Assembly: GCA_963707215.1 (NCBI GenBank)
Contig: CAVPPB010000003.1
Location: 1,376,001-1,440,000 of the forward strand
Reading direction: 5' to 3'
Source: an uncultured Chloroflexia bacterium
GTDB taxonomy: Bacteria; Chloroflexota; Limnocylindria; Limnocylindrales; CSP1-4
DNA: 64,000 nucleotides
Part shown: positions 58,627-64,000 of the stretch, piece after piece
Layout of the letters: each line of letters opens with the position of its first letter
Numbering within the stretch: the first letter of the stretch is position 1
Notes under the pieces: model-generated
Told to the model about the DNA's origin: nothing
What the model saw: the letters and a program-made list of their open reading frames with translations, nothing else
The model's database searches: none
Position numbers and translations under genes: made by a program

Positions 58627-59844
58627 TCAGAGCGCCACGTGGCCGGCTGACGGCTGGGCAACCGCAGCCCCCAGCCGCCGCGCGGCCTCGACCAGCTCGT
58701 CCGGCGCGTAGCAGCTGAAGGCGAGCCGAACGGCCGAGCGATCACCCTCGCCGTCCACGGCGAAGACGGCACCGGGCAGGTACGACGTACCCTCGCGCTC
58801 GGCGATCGGCAGGAGGGCCCGCGCGTCGAGGCCGCCAGGCAGCCGGAGCCAGACGAAGTAACCGCCCTCCGGCACCGCGAACGACGCCCCCGGCAGGTGC
58901 TCGCGGAGACCGGTCACGAGGGCGTCGCGCCGGTCCGCCAGGGCCGGACGCAGCCGCTCGACGTTCGCGGCGTAGGCGCCGGCCCGGGCGTGCTCGGCGA
59001 CGGCGACGGCGACCAGGTGGTTGATGCCGCCGCCCGAGGCGAGCAGGCCGGCGTCGGCCAGCCGCTCGACCGTGGGCCCGTCGGCGGTCAGCCAGCCGAG
59101 CCGGAGCCCGGGAGCGAGCGTCTTGGAGAACGACCCCAGCCGGACGACCGTCCCGGGAGGGGCCAGCGACCAGAGCGACGGTGGCGGGGGTGACCCGTAG
59201 GCGAGCTCGCGGTAGACATCGTCCTCGACCAGGAGGAGCCCGGCCTCGGTCGCCAGCTCGACCAGGGCCCGCCGCCGCTCGACCGGCAGGGTGGTCCCGG
59301 TGGGGTTGCCGAAGGTCGGCACGACGTACATCAGTCGGGCGCGACGACCTTCGCGACGGAGCCGCGCCAGCGCGTCGGCGACCGCATCCGGTAGCACCCC
59401 GGCCTCGTCCGTCGCGACCGGCTCGACCTCCAGCAGGTGGTCGCGGAGGATCCCGAGGGCGAGGTGGTAGGTGGGACTCGGGACCAGGCAGACGTCGCCG
59501 GGCTTGGTCAGGACGGTGCAGACGAGGTCGAGGCCCTGGGACGCGCCGGCCGTCACGAGCAGGTCGGCCTCATCCGGGGCACGGGCGTCGATCGCGGCGA
59601 CGTGGCCGACCAGCCACTCAAGGAGCGGCCCGGGACCGACGGATGCTCCGTAGTTGAGGGCGTCGGCGCCATACCGCCGGAGTGCCCCGTCGATCGAGGC
59701 GCGCAGTGCGTCGACGGGCAACAGGTCGGGCCCAGGATGCCCCCAGGCGAGATCGATGACGCCGGCCTCGGCAGCGAACTGGACAAGAGCCGGCGACGCA
59801 TGGTCCTGGCCGGGCGTCGGCGCGGCGGATCGGGGCTCGTTCAT
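58627..59844 (-). CDS. PLP-dependent aminotransferase class I/II (ARO8/LysN-like)
   Basis: VTAGASQGL, FGNPTG, VEDDVY, GSFSKTLAPGLRLGW, PEGGYFVW. Confidence 0.9.
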   Translation of the reverse strand: MNEPRSAAPTPGQDHASPALVQFAAEAGVIDLAWGHPGPDLLPVDALRASIDGALRRYGADALNYGASVGPGPLLEWLVGHVAAIDARAPDEADLLVTAGASQGLDLVCTVLTKPGDVCLVPSPTYHLALGILRDHLLEVEPVATDEAGVLPDAVADALARLRREGRRARLMYVVPTFGNPTGTTLPVERRRALVELATEAGLLLVEDDVYRELAYGSPPPPSLWSLAPPGTVVRLGSFSKTLAPGLRLGWLTADGPTVERLADAGLLASGGGINHLVAVAVAEHARAGAYAANVERLRPALADRRDALVTGLREHLPGASFAVPEGGYFVWLRLPGGLDARALLPIAEREGTSYLPGAVFAVDGEGDRSAVRLAFSCYAPDELVEAARRLGAAVAQPSAGHVAL

Positions 59845-59874
59845 CGACCCGAGGGTATCGCGTACCCTCGCCGC
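59845..59874. promoter_or_regulatory. compact divergent leaderless promoter pair
   Basis: AGGGTA (TACCCT on the minus strand) at 59852 and TACCCT at 59863, 7 and 6 nt from the two ATGs. Confidence 0.6.
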
Positions 59875-60381
59875 ATGACCGAGCGGATCAGCGCGGGCAT
59901 CCTCGTCTACCGGTGGACTCCGGGAGCACCGGAAGGGCCGTGGAACACCCTCGAGGTCCTGCTCGCCCACCCCGGTGGACCGTACTTCGCGAGGAAGGAC
60001 GCCGGCCACTGGTCGATCCCCAAGGGCGAGGTCGAGCCCGGCGAGGCCCTCATCGACGTCGCCCTGCGCGAGCTCGAGGAGGAGACCGGCCTCCGCCTGG
60101 TCGAGCCACCCCTCATCCCGCTCGGCGAGACACGCCAGAAGGGCGGCAAGCTCGTCCACGCCTGGGCGGCCGAGGGCGACCTCGACCCGGGCGAGTCGGT
60201 CAGCAACACCGTCCTTATCGAGCTGCCGCGCGGGTCAGGCCGGCTCGTCGAGTTCCCCGAGATCGATCGAGTCGAGTGGTTCTCGCCGGACGAGGCCCGA
60301 CGGCGGATCAAGGAACCGCAGGCCGTCTTCATCGACCGCCTGGAGGCAGCCCTGGCGGAGGCTGACCGGCAGAGGTCATGA
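59875..60381 (+). CDS. NUDIX hydrolase
   Basis: LAHPGGP, WSIPKGEVEPGE...ALRELEEETG, FPEIDR. Confidence 0.9.
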   Translation: MTERISAGILVYRWTPGAPEGPWNTLEVLLAHPGGPYFARKDAGHWSIPKGEVEPGEALIDVALRELEEETGLRLVEPPLIPLGETRQKGGKLVHAWAAEGDLDPGESVSNTVLIELPRGSGRLVEFPEIDRVEWFSPDEARRRIKEPQAVFIDRLEAALAEADRQRS

Positions 60382-60452
60382 CCCGGGAACGATGACGCCC
60401 GGCCGGTCGGCCGGGCGTCGCTCGGTGATGCGGGCGGGCGACCCGCAGGCTC

Positions 60453-60740
60453 TCAGTTGTAGATGCTCTGGACCCGGTCGCGGTTGCCGTAGGCGCCGCC
60501 GGCCCAGCTGAAGACGTCGGCCAGGACGCCGAGGCCCAGCCAGACCCAGTCGAAGCCATCGACCCCGCCCTGCGACACGAGCACGAAGGCGAGGGTCGTC
60601 CAGGGCACGAACAGGAACCCGAGGAACGGCCACAGGAAGTTGTCGAATGCGGCGCTCCAGCGAGGCTGGTCGATCAGCCACCAGACGAGGATCCCGGCCC
60701 GCGGACCGATGAGCACCAACACCGAAGCCAGGCAACACAT
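60453..60740 (-). CDS. small membrane protein
   Basis: GGAGGG RBS; MCCL...GPR...LGFLFVPWTTL. Confidence 0.8.
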   Translation of the reverse strand: MCCLASVLVLIGPRAGILVWWLIDQPRWSAAFDNFLWPFLGFLFVPWTTLAFVLVSQGGVDGFDWVWLGLGVLADVFSWAGGAYGNRDRVQSIYN

Positions 60741-60876
60741 AGCGTCCCATCCCTCCGTGGCGTCTAGGTGCGGAACGCTAGCAGCCCGAGTGCCCCCGGG
60801 GAAGGGGCTCCGGGTCCTGCGTCGCGAGGGATGAGCGAGAAGGAGCCGGCCTCGGCCGGGCCGCTACCATCTGGCC

Positions 60877-62079
60877 ATGCCGATGTTCGCCGACCTCCAG
60901 CCGCTCCCGCCCGACGCCATCCTGGGGCTCTCCGAGGAGTTCCAGGCCGATCCCCGCCCCGGCAAGGTGAGCCTCGCCTCGGGCGTCTACGTGGACGAGT
61001 CCGGCATCACGCCGATCCTCGACACGGTCGCCGAGGCCGAGCGACGGATCCTGGCCGAGGAGACGACGAAGCTCTACAAGCCGATCGCCGGCGACCCGGC
61101 CTACACCCACGCGGTCCGCGAGCTGCTTCTGGGCTCGGAGCATCCGGCCCTGGCCGAGGAGCGCGCCGAGACGCTCCACACCCCGGGCGGCACCGGGGCC
61201 CTGCGGGTCGCCGCCGACCTGGTCCGCCGGATCCGCCCCGAGGCCACGATCTGGATGCCCACGCCGACGTGGCCGAACCACCCGCAGGTCTTCGCGGCGG
61301 CCGGCCTGGCGACACGGTCCTACCCATACATGGACCCTGGGACCGGCGCCCTCGACACGGCCGGCATGCTCGCCGCGCTCCGCGCGGTGCCGCCCGGCGA
61401 CGTGATCCTGCTCCACGCCTGCTGCCACAACCCCACCGGGATCGACCCGGACGAGGCGACCTGGGGAGCGATCGCCGAGGCCGTCGAGGCGGCCGGGGCC
61501 CTGCCGCTCGTCGACTTCGCCTACCAGGGCTTCGGCGATGGCCTGCGCGAGGACGCGACCGGGCTCCTGGCGCTGATCCGGCCCGGGCGGGAGCTGCTCC
61601 TCGCCTCGAGCTTCTCGAAGAACTTCGCCCTCTACGACGAGCGCGTCGGGGCGCTCACGCTGCTCGGCTCGACGGCCGGCGAGGCGGCGACCCTGCTGAC
61701 CCACGCCAAGGCCGTCGTCCGGGCCAACTACTCGAACCCGCCGGCCCACGGCGGCGAGATCGTGGCGACGATCCTGGCTGACCCGGAGCTGCGGGCCGCC
61801 TGGGTCGAGGAGGTCGCCTTGATGCGCCACCGGATCAACGGCAACCGCCGGGCCTTCGTCGAGGGGCTGACGGCTGCCGGTGTGCCCGGCGACCACGAGC
61901 GGCTCCTGCGCCAGCGGGGCATGTTCTCGCTGCTGGGCCTGACGGCCGACCAGGTCCGCCGGCTCAAGGAGGAGCACGCGGTCTACGTCGTCGGGGCGGG
62001 CCGGGTCAACGTCGCCGGGCTGACCCGGGCGAACCTGGAGCCGGTCTGCCGGGCGATCGCCGCGGTCACGACCGCCTGA
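60877..62079 (+). CDS. aspartate/aromatic amino acid aminotransferase (AspC/TyrB type)
   Basis: PPDAILGL, GVY, TPGGTGAL, PTWPNH, LHACCHNPTG, DFAYQGF, SFSKNFALYDERVG, Q.GMFS, GRVNVAG. Confidence 0.92.
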   Translation: MPMFADLQPLPPDAILGLSEEFQADPRPGKVSLASGVYVDESGITPILDTVAEAERRILAEETTKLYKPIAGDPAYTHAVRELLLGSEHPALAEERAETLHTPGGTGALRVAADLVRRIRPEATIWMPTPTWPNHPQVFAAAGLATRSYPYMDPGTGALDTAGMLAALRAVPPGDVILLHACCHNPTGIDPDEATWGAIAEAVEAAGALPLVDFAYQGFGDGLREDATGLLALIRPGRELLLASSFSKNFALYDERVGALTLLGSTAGEAATLLTHAKAVVRANYSNPPAHGGEIVATILADPELRAAWVEEVALMRHRINGNRRAFVEGLTAAGVPGDHERLLRQRGMFSLLGLTADQVRRLKEEHAVYVVGAGRVNVAGLTRANLEPVCRAIAAVTTA

Positions 62080-62205
62080 GACCGACCGGGCGGGCGGCCA
62101 GCACCGCCTTGCGCCCATGTGGGAAGATGCTTCTGCCGGCAGCGAGTGCCCACCCTTCGAGAGCGCCGGCGATCACGAACATCTTCGACGGGAGGATTGC
62201 AGCGT

Positions 62206-62601
62206 ATGAATGGTCGACCTCTTGGCGTCACGATCATCGCGATCGTGCTCGCCGTCAGCGGCGCCTTCCAGGTCCTCGTCGGCCTCGAAGCGCAGGGAAT
62301 CACCAGCTTCGGGCTGCACGAGGTCGCCGACGAAGCCGGCATCAACGGCTGGACCTCGCTCATCGCCGGCGTCCTGACGCTCGTCGCGGCCGGCGGCCTG
62401 TTCACCCTGGCCGGCTGGGCCTGGATCCTGGCCGTCGTCGTGCTCGGGATCCGGATCGTCGCCGACGTCATTGCGGCGATCACCCTGGGCCCCACCACCA
62501 CGCTCGGGATCAGCTCGATCGTGAACGCGGTGATCTCGGCGGTCATCCTCTGGTACTTCTTCCGCCCGAACGTCCAGGCCGCGTTCGGCCGGGGCACCTA
62601 G
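62206..62601 (+). CDS. membrane protein (four TM, RPLGVTI-type)
   Basis: GGAGG RBS; RPLGVTIIA...WYFFRPNVQAAF. Confidence 0.8.
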   Translation: MNGRPLGVTIIAIVLAVSGAFQVLVGLEAQGITSFGLHEVADEAGINGWTSLIAGVLTLVAAGGLFTLAGWAWILAVVVLGIRIVADVIAAITLGPTTTLGISSIVNAVISAVILWYFFRPNVQAAFGRGT

Positions 62602-62727
62602 GACCCAGGGCCGGCGACCCGAGCGGTCGTCGACCCGCCACCGCGACCGTTCCGCCCCTCGGCGGGCCATTCGGCCCCTCGGGGGGCGTCGTTCGTGCCC
62701 GCAGCTCCATCGAAACGACCCATGCGA

Positions 62728-62745
62728 ATGTATCGATGGATACAT
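62728..62745. promoter_or_regulatory. AT-rich inverted repeat, candidate operator
   Basis: ATGTATC-GATG-GATACAT upstream of the gene at 62820. Confidence 0.4.
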
Positions 62746-62819
62746 CGAGCCGACATGGCCCAGGCGATACGGTGCCACCACGGCCCGGCGCATGGGCTGG
62801 CCCGTCGTGAGGGAACCCG

Positions 62820-63857
62820 ATGGAACCGAACGTCGTCCTGCCGCTGGCCTCGTCGCTGCTCAGCTTCCTCGTCTTCGTCCTGCTCGTGGACCAGTGGCGC
62901 GAGCGTCGGCGACCCTACCAGCTCATCTGGGCGATCGGCATGCTCTGGTACGGGCTGTCGGCCGGCACCGAGTTCTGGGGCAGCGCCTTCGGCTGGAGCG
63001 AGCCGCTCTACCGGGCCTGGTACCTCATCGGCGCGGTCTGGGTCGCGGGTTGGCTGGGCCTCGGCACGATGTACCTCCTGGGCAAGACGCGGTTCGGGTA
63101 CGGGGCCGCCTTCTCGATCCTGCTGGCGGGCCTCTTCACGTTCCTGACCTGGCGCCGCTACGACTACGTCGACAGCGGCATCACCCCGTACCTCTACACG
63201 GCGATCGCGCTGGCGGGCGCAGCCTGGATCGCGGTCGAGACGTATCGCGCCCGGGACCGCTGGGCGCACGTTGCCGGTGCCCTCATCGTCGGCGGGTCGG
63301 TCCTCGCGATCCCGCTCGTGCTCCTGGCCCCGCTCGCGGGCCCCGGCTACGCGGTCGATCCGGCGACCGGCATCCCGACCGGCGACCTCTTCCCGGGCTA
63401 CGTCCGCCTGCTGACCCCGTTCTTCAACGTCACCGGCGGATTCGCCCTGGCCTTCGGGGCCCTCTACTCCGCCTACGTCTTCATGCCCAAGAAGCGCATC
63501 GTCCGGTACTCGCTCGACCGGCGCCAGGGCGTCGGCGGCTACCTCCTCAACCTGGCGATCGCGCCGCTCGCCATCACGATCAACCTGGTCGCCTCGATCC
63601 CGGGGGCGGTCGTCGACCTGTTCCGCGGTCGACTCAACACGCGAGTCCCGGCGACGATCCTCATCGCCATCGGCGGCTTCGTGCCGAGCCTCACGAGCGG
63701 ACTCAGCCGGTTCGGCGAGACGACCGCCTTCTTCCTCGGAGAGTTCCTGGGGGCCGCCTTCATCACGGCGGGCTTCCTCGTCTCGATCGAGGTCTTCAAG
63801 GAGTTCCGGATCCCGTTCACCCACCGGGTCCTCCACGCTCGCCGAACCACGCCCTGA
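62820..63857 (+). CDS. multi-pass membrane protein
   Basis: About 9-10 hydrophobic segments; RRRPYQLIWAIG, LYRAWYLIGA, WLGLGT. Confidence 0.8.
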   Translation: MEPNVVLPLASSLLSFLVFVLLVDQWRERRRPYQLIWAIGMLWYGLSAGTEFWGSAFGWSEPLYRAWYLIGAVWVAGWLGLGTMYLLGKTRFGYGAAFSILLAGLFTFLTWRRYDYVDSGITPYLYTAIALAGAAWIAVETYRARDRWAHVAGALIVGGSVLAIPLVLLAPLAGPGYAVDPATGIPTGDLFPGYVRLLTPFFNVTGGFALAFGALYSAYVFMPKKRIVRYSLDRRQGVGGYLLNLAIAPLAITINLVASIPGAVVDLFRGRLNTRVPATILIAIGGFVPSLTSGLSRFGETTAFFLGEFLGAAFITAGFLVSIEVFKEFRIPFTHRVLHARRTTP

Positions 63858-64000
63858 CCGGGTCGGCGACGCGTCCCGCGGGGGATCGGCCGAGCCCGAT
63901 CCCCCGCCGCCGTATCCACCGCCAGGTGCCGCCACCGCAGCCCTGCCGCCGCGTCCCGCCGCCGCGTCCGCCGCCTGCGCGGTAGCATCCGACCGTGAGC

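Noticed and set aside
63995-64000. Possible start of a further gene (TAGCAT then GTG) at the window edge
   Set aside because: Too little sequence to call.

Overview
Very GC-rich bacterial chromosomal window (roughly 70-75% GC by eye). Gene content and style suggest Chloroflexota, probably Limnocylindria-like; this is an inference only. From left to right: (1) 0.6-14.8 kb is a signalling island. It has five paralogous membrane proteins with variable N-termini and a near-constant C-terminus that stops part-way into a GAF-like domain, a SARP/BTAD-ATPase-TPR regulator, a repeated CGTAACG-N4-heptamer promoter motif, and a partner-switching operon (half-GAF/PP2C/anti-sigma kinase plus two STAS proteins). 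(2) 14.8-39 kb is mostly housekeeping or accessory: FAD oxidoreductase, adenylate cyclase-ATPase, Ycf45/R3H, pdxS/pdxT, Sua5, HNH, CCA enzyme, galE, MFS. (3) 39-46 kb holds a ligase-like protein lacking the catalytic Lys, a likely glucosylglycerate cluster, a vapBC module and Nth. (4) 46-47.7 kb is an HTH/PD-(D/E)XK gene flanked on both sides by fixed-spacing palindromic ~111-bp elements (REPIN-like). (5) 47.8-56.7 kb is a two-component system followed by two tandem TadE/TadE/TadG minor-pilin triplets. (6) 56.8-64 kb holds HD, SRPBCC, aminotransferase, NUDIX and membrane-protein genes. Several conserved genes carry 1-bp frameshifts, most likely long-read consensus errors. Many genes appear to be leaderless, with TANNNT 6-7 nt before the start codon. 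No rRNA, tRNA, CRISPR array or recognisable transposase was seen.
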